Part shown: positions 56,576-64,000 of the stretch, in pieces
How positions within the stretch are numbered: position 1 is the first letter of the stretch
Layout of the letters: every line of letters starts with the position of its first letter
Assembly (NCBI GenBank): GCA_035552775.1
Contig: DASZKW010000043.1
Location: forward strand, 1-64,000
DNA: 64,000 nucleotides
Origin: Acidimicrobiales bacterium
Lineage (GTDB): Bacteria; Actinomycetota; Acidimicrobiia; Acidimicrobiales; Palsa-688
Direction of reading: 5' to 3'
Notes under the pieces: generated by a model
What the model was told of the DNA's origin: nothing
Databases searched by the model: none
What the model saw: the letters and a program-made list of their open reading frames with translations, nothing else
Program-made: the position numbers and the translations under genes

Positions 56576-57682
56576 GTGTCGATGGAATGTACCGTGCTCG
56601 ACTTTCCCGCCCTCCTGCGTTTCACCGTCGACCAGGGAGCATCGGACCTCCATATGCGCGTCGGCGCCCCCCCGAGGGTGAGGGTCGACGGCGAACTACG
56701 CCTGACCCCGTTCCCGGCGGTGGAATCCGACGAGGCTGAGGCCCTGCTCGCCCGGGTGATGCCAGCGGACCGCAGGGCCGAATTCTTGGCTACCGGCGAG
56801 GCCGACTTCTCCGTGTCCGAGGCAGGGCTGGGTCGGTTCCGGGCCAACGCATTCCGTCAGCGGGGCAGCATCGGGCTGGTGTTGCGCCGAGTCGTGCCCG
56901 CAGCCCGCACCGTCGCCGAGATGGGCCTGCCGGCGGTGGTGACCCGCCTGTCCGACGAAGCCCGAGGGATGGTGCTGGTAACGGGGCCGACGGGGTCGGG
57001 CAAGACCACCACCCTCGCCGCCATGATCGACCACATCAACCGCACCCGGGCGGTCCACATCATCACCATCGAGGATCCCATCGAGGTCACTCATCCTGAC
57101 AAGAAGGCGATCATCAGCCAGCGCGAGATCGGCAACGACACGACAAACTTCGCCCAGGCCATGCGCCGGGCGCTGCGCCAGGACCCCGACGTCATCCTCA
57201 TCGGGGAGATGCGTGACGCCGAGACCGTCAGCGCCGCACTGTCCGCGGCGGAAACCGGCCACCTCGTCCTGTCCACCCTGCACACGACCAACGCGGAGGA
57301 GACCATCAACCGGGTGGTCGACTTCTTCCCCCCCCATCAGCAGCACCAGGTCCGCCTCACGCTGGCGTCGGTCCTGCGCGGCGTGATCAGCCAGCGCCTG
57401 GTCCCCAGGGCCGACGGCGAGGGCAGGGTGGCGTCCATCGAGGCGATGGTGGCGACAGGACGGATCGCGGACCGCATCATCGATCCCGGCGGCGGTCAGG
57501 GCGAGACCATCACCGAGCTCATCGCCGAGGGCGAGTACCACGGGATGCAGACCTTCGACCAGAGCCTGTTCTCCCTCTACCAGCAGGGCCAGATCACGTT
57601 GCGCGCCGCGCTTTCGAGTGCGTCCAACGCCCACGACCTGAGGGTGGCCCTGCAGGGTGCGGGGCTGCTGGCCACCGCCTGA
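56576..57682 (+). CDS. pilT: type IV pilus retraction ATPase PilT
   Basis: GASDLHM. Walker A GPTGSGKTT. PilT signature AIISQRLV-like (VISQRLVPRADGEGRVASIE). Confidence 0.85.
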   Translation: MSMECTVLDFPALLRFTVDQGASDLHMRVGAPPRVRVDGELRLTPFPAVESDEAEALLARVMPADRRAEFLATGEADFSVSEAGLGRFRANAFRQRGSIGLVLRRVVPAARTVAEMGLPAVVTRLSDEARGMVLVTGPTGSGKTTTLAAMIDHINRTRAVHIITIEDPIEVTHPDKKAIISQREIGNDTTNFAQAMRRALRQDPDVILIGEMRDAETVSAALSAAETGHLVLSTLHTTNAEETINRVVDFFPPHQQHQVRLTLASVLRGVISQRLVPRADGEGRVASIEAMVATGRIADRIIDPGGGQGETITELIAEGEYHGMQTFDQSLFSLYQQGQITLRAALSSASNAHDLRVALQGAGLLATA

Positions 57683-57723
57683 TCAGCCCGGTACGCCGCC
57701 GGGGCGTCGGTAGGCTGCGCCGT

Positions 57724-59154
57724 GTGATTCCCGAGCGCCTGCAGCCCCTAGTCACCGAGCTAGGTGGACTAGCCGAGCGCTTCAGCGCGTCAGGGCACCG
57801 GCTCTATCTCGTCGGAGGAGTGGTACGCGACGCGGTGCTCGGGCGCCTGGCGCCCGACGGCGACCTCGACTTCACCACCGACGCCACCCCCGACGAGATC
57901 GAGGCCATCGTCGTCGGCTGGGCTGACGCGGTTTGGACCCAGGGCAAGCGGTTCGGGACCATCGGCATGCGCAAGAACGGCATGGCCGGCGGGTCGGGGG
58001 GTGGCGGGTCGGGGGGCGGCGATCGGGTGCTGGAGATCACGACCCACAGGGCGGAGATGTACCACCCCGACTCGAGGAAACCCGACGTGGTGTTCGCCGA
58101 CGCCGTCGAGACCGACCTGTCGCGGCGGGACTTCACTGTCAACGCCATGGCCCTGTCGTTGCCGGACCTGACCCTGATCGACCCCTTCGACGGGGTTGGC
58201 GACCTCGGCGCCGGCCGGCTCCGCACGCCGCTTTCCCCCGACGAGTCCTTCGGCGACGACCCCCTCCGCATGATGCGGGCGGCGCGTTTCATCGCCGCCT
58301 ACGACCTGACCCCCGAGCCCGAGCTGGTCGACGCCATCGTGCGCCTCCGCGGTCGGCTCGAGATCGTTTCCGACGAGCGCATCCGCGACGAGCTCGACAA
58401 ACTGGTGGTCGTCGAGCGACCCGGCGCCGGTCTTTGGTTCCTGGTGCGCACCGGGTTGGCCGAGGAGTTCCTGCCCGAGCTGCCGGCCATGGCCCTAGAG
58501 CAGGACCCGATCCACCGCCACAAGGATGTCCTGGCTCACACCATCGCCGTGGTCGAGAAGACCTCAGTGGACCGGTTGCTGCGCTTGGCCGCCCTCTTCC
58601 ACGACGTCGGAAAGCCCAAGACCCGGTCGTTCGGGCCCGGCGGGACGGTGTCGTTCCACCACCACGAGGTGGTGGGGGCCCGCATGACGCGCGACCGGAT
58701 GAGGGCGCTGCGGTATTCGACCGAGGACGTGGAGATCGTGACCCGCCTGGTGGAGCTCCACCTTCGTTTCCACACCTACCGCATGGGCTGGACCGACAGC
58801 GCCGTGCGCCGATACGTGCGCGACGCCGGGCCCCTCCTCGAGCGCCTCAACGAGCTCACCCGCTGCGACTGCACCACCCGCAACGAGGCGAAGGCCCGCA
58901 GCCTGGCACGGCGCATGGACGAGCTCCAGGAACGCATCGCCGAGCTGGAGGCGAGCGAGGAGCTCGCCGCCATACGACCCGACCTCGACGGGCGCGCCGT
59001 CATGGCGCGCCTCGGGATCGGACCGGGACCGGCGGTCGGCGAGGCGCTGGCGTTCCTGCTCGAGCTGCGCTTGGAGGAGGGCCCGCTCGACGAGGAGGAG
59101 GCAGGCCGGCGCCTCGACACCTGGTGGGAAGCCCGGAATCCGGGCTCTAGCTGA
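57724..59154 (+). CDS. CCA tRNA nucleotidyltransferase / poly(A) polymerase with HD domain
   Basis: Nucleotidyltransferase motif GGVVRD...DGDLDF. HD motif LFHDVGK. Gly-rich insertion GGSGGGGSGGG. Confidence 0.85.
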   Translation: MIPERLQPLVTELGGLAERFSASGHRLYLVGGVVRDAVLGRLAPDGDLDFTTDATPDEIEAIVVGWADAVWTQGKRFGTIGMRKNGMAGGSGGGGSGGGDRVLEITTHRAEMYHPDSRKPDVVFADAVETDLSRRDFTVNAMALSLPDLTLIDPFDGVGDLGAGRLRTPLSPDESFGDDPLRMMRAARFIAAYDLTPEPELVDAIVRLRGRLEIVSDERIRDELDKLVVVERPGAGLWFLVRTGLAEEFLPELPAMALEQDPIHRHKDVLAHTIAVVEKTSVDRLLRLAALFHDVGKPKTRSFGPGGTVSFHHHEVVGARMTRDRMRALRYSTEDVEIVTRLVELHLRFHTYRMGWTDSAVRRYVRDAGPLLERLNELTRCDCTTRNEAKARSLARRMDELQERIAELEASEELAAIRPDLDGRAVMARLGIGPGPAVGEALAFLLELRLEEGPLDEEEAGRRLDTWWEARNPGSS

Positions 59155-59166
59155 CGCTTTGGCGGA

Positions 59167-59904
59167 TCAGTTGCCTTCCTTGCGCGCCCGCACGATGAGC
59201 GTCCGCGGCACCATGGTGAAGGTGTCGCGCCAGAACTGGCTCCGGGGACCGGACGGCACAGGCTCAGGCTCGAGCACCAGGTCCACCTTGTAGCTGGCCC
59301 GGACCAGACCCATGTACAGGTCGGCAAAGGTGTGGCGGTAGTCGGTAAAAGCGATGCCCGCCCACGTGTAGTCGATGGGTCGCCTGTCGAAGTACGACCG
59401 GCGTACGAGCAGGGGGGGAACGGCGTCGTCGTCGATCATGTCGTAGGCGGGGTGAGGGAGGCTGAACACGAGCGGCGCCCCCACCTTGAGTACCCGGTGG
59501 ACCTGGCGGAATACCCGGTTGAGGTCCTCGACGTAGCCGAAGGCGTAAGCCGAAAATGCCAGGTCGATCGTGTCGGCCCGGAGGAAGGCGAGGTCGGCGA
59601 GGTCGCCTTGGCGGAGCTCGACGCGCACCTCCTCCCGCTCGCAGAGGCGGCGGGCGAAGGCCAGCTGCTCGATCGAGAAATCGACCCCTATGGCCGTCGC
59701 GCCCGCCCTGGCGAACGAGATCGAGCACTGGGCGCCTCCGCATCCCAGCTCGAGGACCCGCTTGCCCTTCAGGTCACCGAGCAGGCGCAGCTCCGCTTCG
59801 GTGGCGATGTCGGGGCCGTAGTGGGCGGTGCTGGTGGGCAGCTGCGCTCCCGCCTGGTAAATCGTTGCGTAGCGGTCCCACGCCGCGGCGTTGTCGGTCG
59901 GCAT
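59167..59904 (-). CDS. class I SAM-dependent methyltransferase
   Basis: Motif I VLELGCGGAQ. Confidence 0.8.
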   Translation of the reverse strand: MPTDNAAAWDRYATIYQAGAQLPTSTAHYGPDIATEAELRLLGDLKGKRVLELGCGGAQCSISFARAGATAIGVDFSIEQLAFARRLCEREEVRVELRQGDLADLAFLRADTIDLAFSAYAFGYVEDLNRVFRQVHRVLKVGAPLVFSLPHPAYDMIDDDAVPPLLVRRSYFDRRPIDYTWAGIAFTDYRHTFADLYMGLVRASYKVDLVLEPEPVPSGPRSQFWRDTFTMVPRTLIVRARKEGN

Positions 59905-59911
59905 CTCGCGC

Positions 59912-60988
59912 CTACGAACCGGCGGCGGCGAACTCCTCCACCATGCGGTGGGCCTCGTCGTCGTGGTACTGCACCGGAGGCGACTTCATGAAGTAGGCCG
60001 ACGGTCCGAGCAGCGGGCCGCCGATGCCCCGGTCGGTGGCCAGCTTGGCGCAGCGCACGGCGTCGATGATGACTCCGGCGGAGTTGGGTGAGTCCCACAC
60101 CTCGAGCTTGAGCTCGATGTTCAGGGGCACGTCTCCGAAGTTGCGGCCTTCGAGGCGAATGTAGGCCCACTTGCGGTCGTCCAGCCAGGCCACGTGATCC
60201 GAGGGACCGATGTGGACGTCGTCGGCCGCGATGCCGTTGTCGATCTGGCTGGTCACCGACTGGGTCTTGGAGATCTTCTTCGATTCGAGGCGCTCGCGCT
60301 CGAGCATGTTCTTGAAGTCCATGTTGCCACCGACGTTGAGCTGATAGGTCCGGTCGAGCACCAGACCCCTGTCCTCGAACAGGCGGGCCAGGATGCGGTG
60401 CACGATCGTCGCCCCGACCTGGCTCTTGATGTCGTCGCCGACGATGGGAACGCCGGCGTCGGTGAACTTCTGGGCCCATTCTGGGTCACTGGCGATGAAC
60501 ACGGGAATGGCGTTGACGAAAGCCACCTTGGCGTCAAGGCACGCTTGGGCGTAGTGCTTCTGGGCCACTTCGGAGCCGACAGGCAGGTACGACACGAGGA
60601 CATCGGCGCGCGCGTCACGAAGCGCCTGGGCCACGTCGACGGGCCCGGCGGGGGATTCCTCGATGGTCTCGCGGTAGTACTTCCCGAGGCCGTCGAGCGT
60701 CGGGCCCCGTTGAACGCTCACGCCCAACTCGGTGACGGTGGCGAACCGGACGGTGTTGTTCTGCCCCGCAAAGATCGCCTTGCCGAGATCGAGCCCGACC
60801 TTGGCCGCATCGACGTCGAAGGAGGCGACGAACTCGACGTCGCCCACGTGGTACCCGCCGAGGCTCACGTGCATCAGGCCCGGCACGGTGTCACCGGGGT
60901 CTGCGTGGCGGTAGTACTCCACCCCCTGGATCAAGGAGCTGGCGCAGTTTCCTACCCCGGCGATAGCCACGCGGATGGTGTTGCTCAT
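59912..60988 (-). CDS. ino1: myo-inositol-1-phosphate synthase
   Basis: [27 protein letters not shown]-terminus. Full-length bacterial/archaeal Ino1 architecture. The upstream 350 aa of the track ORF is read-through. Confidence 0.9.
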   Translation of the reverse strand: MSNTIRVAIAGVGNCASSLIQGVEYYRHADPGDTVPGLMHVSLGGYHVGDVEFVASFDVDAAKVGLDLGKAIFAGQNNTVRFATVTELGVSVQRGPTLDGLGKYYRETIEESPAGPVDVAQALRDARADVLVSYLPVGSEVAQKHYAQACLDAKVAFVNAIPVFIASDPEWAQKFTDAGVPIVGDDIKSQVGATIVHRILARLFEDRGLVLDRTYQLNVGGNMDFKNMLERERLESKKISKTQSVTSQIDNGIAADDVHIGPSDHVAWLDDRKWAYIRLEGRNFGDVPLNIELKLEVWDSPNSAGVIIDAVRCAKLATDRGIGGPLLGPSAYFMKSPPVQYHDDEAHRMVEEFAAAGS

Positions 60989-61677
60989 AGCTGTTGGACC
61001 TCCATCGATGACGCGGAGCCAACGGCCCCGTCGGGCGGATCTGATACAGGCGAATCGGGCAGACGCCGCTCGGACCCGATCAGGCGTTCGACCCAGGAGA
61101 TGTCCCGTTCTGTCGTCTCCCGGTCGTGTTCGATCAAGCTGCGGGCGTAGGTGTCGAGACGGTCCCGCCCCGCCCGAATGCGAGCACCGAGCCGTGTCCT
61201 GCGCTCGACGAGCTCTACCCGCCGGCGCTCGAGCAACCCGAGTCGCCCAGCGGTGGGAAGGTGGCGGGCAAAGGTAAGCCGCAGGCCGAAAAGTCTGTCG
61301 TCGTCGGCCGTGCGGTTGTCGAGCGTCAGCAACTCCTCGAAGCGTGCCTCGCCCTCGGGGGTGATGCCGTAGACCTTCTTGCCCCGACTGCCGCGAGCCA
61401 CCCCTGAGCGGGCCCGGAAGGCGGCGAACTCCCCGCCGAGCGAGCCGGTGTGGGGGATGGCGGCGGGCGGCCCGAGAGCTTCGACCGCCTTGAGCGCACC
61501 ACGGGCCTCGAGACGGGCGAGGGCCGGGTAAAGCGAGCCGAACGAGACCCCCTTGGACAAGCTCAAGAGGTCGGTCAGGCGCTTCTTGAGCTCGTAGCCG
61601 TGGAATTCGTGGTCCTTGAGCAGGCCCAGGATGGCCAACTCCAACACGTTGGCCCGGTGATGCCCGTCGTCGCGCAT
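60985..61677 (-). CDS. PadR-family transcriptional regulator
   Basis: Winged helix [23 protein letters not shown]...[20 protein letters not shown] overlap with ino1. Confidence 0.8.
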   Translation of the reverse strand: MRDDGHHRANVLELAILGLLKDHEFHGYELKKRLTDLLSLSKGVSFGSLYPALARLEARGALKAVEALGPPAAIPHTGSLGGEFAAFRARSGVARGSRGKKVYGITPEGEARFEELLTLDNRTADDDRLFGLRLTFARHLPTAGRLGLLERRRVELVERRTRLGARIRAGRDRLDTYARSLIEHDRETTERDISWVERLIGSERRLPDSPVSDPPDGAVGSASSMEVQQL

Positions 61678-61708
61678 TGCGCAACACTATAACGCGTTTC
61701 GTGAGACG

Positions 61709-61733
61709 TGCGATATATCGCTTAGATATATCG
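61709..61733. promoter_or_regulatory. AT-rich palindromes gcGATATATCgc and aGATATATCga in the padR upstream region (candidate PadR operator / promoter)
   Basis: Seen directly. The only AT-rich 60 bp in the neighbourhood. Confidence 0.5.
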
Positions 61734-61775
61734 ACCTGTAAACGGGTCATCGCCGGCGGGCCAGCCGGCGGCGCC

Positions 61776-61910
61776 GGGCCGCAGGGCGCCGCGGGCCGCG
61801 GGCCGCGGGCCGCGGGGGCAGCGGGGGCAGCGGGCAGCGGGGGCGGCGGGGGCAGCGGGGGCAGCCGGCCCCGGGGGCGGCGGGCGGCGGGGGCGGCGGC
61901 GTGTAGGGGT
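61776..61910. repeat. GC-rich short tandem repeats (gggccgc / gggggcagc units)
   Basis: Seen directly between padR and the next gene. Confidence 0.7.
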
Positions 61911-61921
61911 AGGCTTCGGCG

Positions 61922-62335
61922 GTGATGAGCTTCCGTCCGGAGTCGATGAGGGGCGCCCCCTCGGGTGGGCGGGTGGGCGGTCACATCGACTACCGGCTGG
62001 CACGCAACGCGGTGATCAGCGAGTACCGCAAGGGGCGCCTGTCGCGCCTGGACGTGTGCGACGCCCACCCTGAACTGCTGAGGGCGGCTACCAACGTGGG
62101 GGAGCCGTCACGGGAGCAATGCCCCATATGCGAGGCGGACAACGTGCGCCTGGTGTCCTACGTGTTCGGGAGCCGCCTGCCGCCGAGCGGGCGGTGCGTC
62201 ACCTCCAAGCGCGAGATGGCCAAGCTGTCGCGCTCGGCGCGGGACCTGGCCTGTTACGTCGTCGAGGTTTGCCCGAGCTGCTCGTGGAACCACCTGGCAC
62301 AGACGTTCGCCATAGGGTCCGCCCGCCAGGCGTGA
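61922..62335 (+). CDS. DUF5318-like Cys-rich protein (Rv0049-like, conserved upstream of ponA1)
   Basis: CPICEADN...CPSC zinc-ribbon-like cysteines. Conserved position before ponA1. Confidence 0.65.
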   Translation: MMSFRPESMRGAPSGGRVGGHIDYRLARNAVISEYRKGRLSRLDVCDAHPELLRAATNVGEPSREQCPICEADNVRLVSYVFGSRLPPSGRCVTSKREMAKLSRSARDLACYVVEVCPSCSWNHLAQTFAIGSARQA

Positions 62336-62348
62336 AGGGCGACATGAC

Positions 62349-62438
62349 GGGTTCGGCGGCACGGGCGGGTTCGGCGGCACGGGCGGGTTCGGCGGCACGG
62401 GCGGCTGCGGCGGCACGGGCGGGTGCCGCGGCACGGAC
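62349..62438. repeat. 18-bp tandem repeat x5 (gggttcggcggcacgggc, last two copies diverged)
   Basis: Seen directly in the Rv0049-like/ponA1 intergenic region. Confidence 0.85.
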
Positions 62439-62496
62439 CGCCTTTTTCCCCCCGGTGTTCGCCTACCCAGTCTGCCGGTAGGTCCGGCGCATTCCG

Positions 62497-64000
62497 ATGG
62501 TCACCGACGTCCGATCGCCGCGCCGCCCGGCGGACCGACGTCCCGCCACCAGCAAGGCGCCGGCCGGCAGACGGCCGACCGCCAAGCCGCCGGCGCGCAA
62601 ACAGCGCGGTCGCCGGTGGTGGCGCTTCCGCCGCCCCCTCTTCGTGGTCGGCTTCGTCGCCTTCGCAGTGGTGGCCGGCGGTATCTACTACGTCGCCCAG
62701 ACGCCCCTACCGAAACCGCCGGCGCTGGCCCAGACCAGCTTCGTGTACGACTCCGCCGGCAACGTCCTGGCGTCGTTCGACGCCGGCCAGAACCGCGTCA
62801 ACGTGTCCCTACGCCAGGTGCCCCAGGTCCTGATCGACGCGGTGGTGTCCACCGAGGACCGCCACTTCTTCACCGAGGGTGCCCTCAACCCCCTGAGCAC
62901 CGTGAGGGCCTTGTGGTCGGACCTGAGCGGCGGCACTCTCCAGGGCGGCTCGACCATCACCCAGCAGTACGTGAAGGTGACCTACACCGCCTCCCAGCGC
63001 ACCATCGCCCGCAAGATCAAAGAGGCGGTCATCGCCGAGAAGGTCGACCGCAAGTACACCAAGACCCAGATCCTGCAGGACTACCTCAACACCATCTACT
63101 TCGGTCGCGGAGCCTACGGCGTGCAAGCCGCGTCCAAGGCCTACTTCGGCGAGGACGTGGGGCGGCTCGACCTATCCCGGGCGTCGTTGCTTGCCGGTCT
63201 CATCCACGACCCCGAGGGCGACGACCCGACTCACGACCTGCCCGCAGCGCGGGAACGCCAGGCGGTGGTGCTCGCCGGCATGCTGCGCGACCACAAGGTC
63301 AGCGCCGCCCAGGTACGCGCCGTGGAAGCCACCCCGATGTCGAGTTACGTCGTGAGCCCGACGGTAGGCACCGGCATCACCATGAACGCGGCCAACGGGG
63401 ACCAGTACTTCATCGACGACGTGCGCCAACAACTCGTCGCCCGCTTCGGACCGGCCGTGGTCTACGGCGGCGGCCTGCGGGTGACCACCACCCTCGACCC
63501 GACCCTGCAGGCGGACGCCTACAACGCCGTTTACCGAACGGCCGGGAGCTTGAACCCGGCAAAGGGCGACCCGGCGGGCGCCCTCGTGTCGGTGGACGAC
63601 CAGGGCAACGTCAGAGCCATGGTCGGCGGCCAGGACTACGCCAGCTCGCAGGTCAACCTGGCGCTCGGCAAGGCCGGCGGGGGAAGCGGGCGGCAGGCGG
63701 GGTCCACGTTCAAGGCGTTCCTCCTGGCCCAGTTGGTGAAAGAGGGGTACTCGGTGGAGTCCCAGGTCCCCGCCCCCCCCGAGGTGGTGGTGGCCCACGG
63801 CAATTCGAACGGCGGCCCCTGGGTCGTCAAGAACTTCGAGAGCGAGAGCCCGGGCAAGGCGGTGTCGGTAGTCGATGCAACGGCCCAGTCCATCAACACC
63901 GTCTTCGCCCAGTTGGTAGAGAAGATCGGCCCCTCCGCCCTCGAACAGATCGCCATCCAGATGGGGATCAGCCCCTCCGAGGTCGGCGACTACCCGTCCC
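62497..64000 (+). CDS. ponA1: class A penicillin-binding protein PonA1 (transglycosylase-transpeptidase), 3' end beyond window
   Basis: Basic N-terminus plus TM. GT51 motifs (EDRHFFTEGALNP, GGSTITQQYVK, RKIKEAVIA). Start of transpeptidase STFK. Not in the track because no stop lies within the window. Confidence 0.85.
   Translation, partial: MVTDVRSPRRPADRRPATSKAPAGRRPTAKPPARKQRGRRWWRFRRPLFVVGFVAFAVVAGGIYYVAQTPLPKPPALAQTSFVYDSAGNVLASFDAGQNRVNVSLRQVPQVLIDAVVSTEDRHFFTEGALNPLSTVRALWSDLSGGTLQGGSTITQQYVKVTYTASQRTIARKIKEAVIAEKVDRKYTKTQILQDYLNTIYFGRGAYGVQAASKAYFGEDVGRLDLSRASLLAGLIHDPEGDDPTHDLPAARERQAVVLAGMLRDHKVSAAQVRAVEATPMSSYVVSPTVGTGITMNAANGDQYFIDDVRQQLVARFGPAVVYGGGLRVTTTLDPTLQADAYNAVYRTAGSLNPAKGDPAGALVSVDDQGNVRAMVGGQDYASSQVNLALGKAGGGSGRQAGSTFKAFLLAQLVKEGYSVESQVPAPPEVVVAHGNSNGGPWVVKNFESESPGKAVSVVDATAQSINTVFAQLVEKIGPSALEQIAIQMGISPSEVGDYPS

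Noticed and set aside
60989-62068. N-terminal part of track ORF 59912..62068
   Set aside because: Read-through across padR. ino1 begins at MSNTIRVAI (ATG at 60988).
62119-62481. 120-aa + ORF overlapping the Rv0049-like gene
   Set aside because: Mostly overlaps the DUF5318-like gene in another frame. Only its 3' part, the 18-bp repeat region, is intergenic, and that part is discussed as a possible small ORF.

Overview
High-GC actinobacterial chromosomal segment, gene-dense and mostly core. It is syntenic with the mycobacterial oriC-proximal and terminus-of-numbering regions, but dnaA is absent from the window. Core blocks: fhaA-fhaB-pstP-rodA-pbpA-pknB (a single PASTA kinase, no pknA), then trpG and crgA; rpmH/rnpA-yidD-yidC-jag-rsmG-parA-parB with a parS site; cwlM-like, trxC, trxB, an MviN/MurJ locus with a separate active Ser/Thr kinase, an Rv3909-like protein, the CCA enzyme, and ino1-padR-Rv0049-like-ponA1. 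Accessory content between these blocks: a five-gene, translationally coupled ECF-type transporter operon with two secreted accessory proteins (the most unusual system here), a ModA/ModB-ModC fusion molybdate transporter with a MerR-TOBE regulator, a GAF-ANTAR regulator followed by nfeD-flotillin, a Dpp/Nik-like ABC operon with fused ATPases and an FmdE-like protein, thiolase, 1-Cys peroxiredoxin, MscS, a VIT transporter, and a lone pilT. One tRNA-Leu(CAG) is present. No rRNA, CRISPR array, transposase or integrase was found. Several long perfect inverted repeats are present, one of which recurs as a partial copy 37 kb away, along with many in-frame tandem repeats. All calls come from reading ORF translations, motifs and the raw sequence; no database searches were run. 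Many of the listed six-frame ORFs are antisense or shadow artefacts of the high GC content and were not called.
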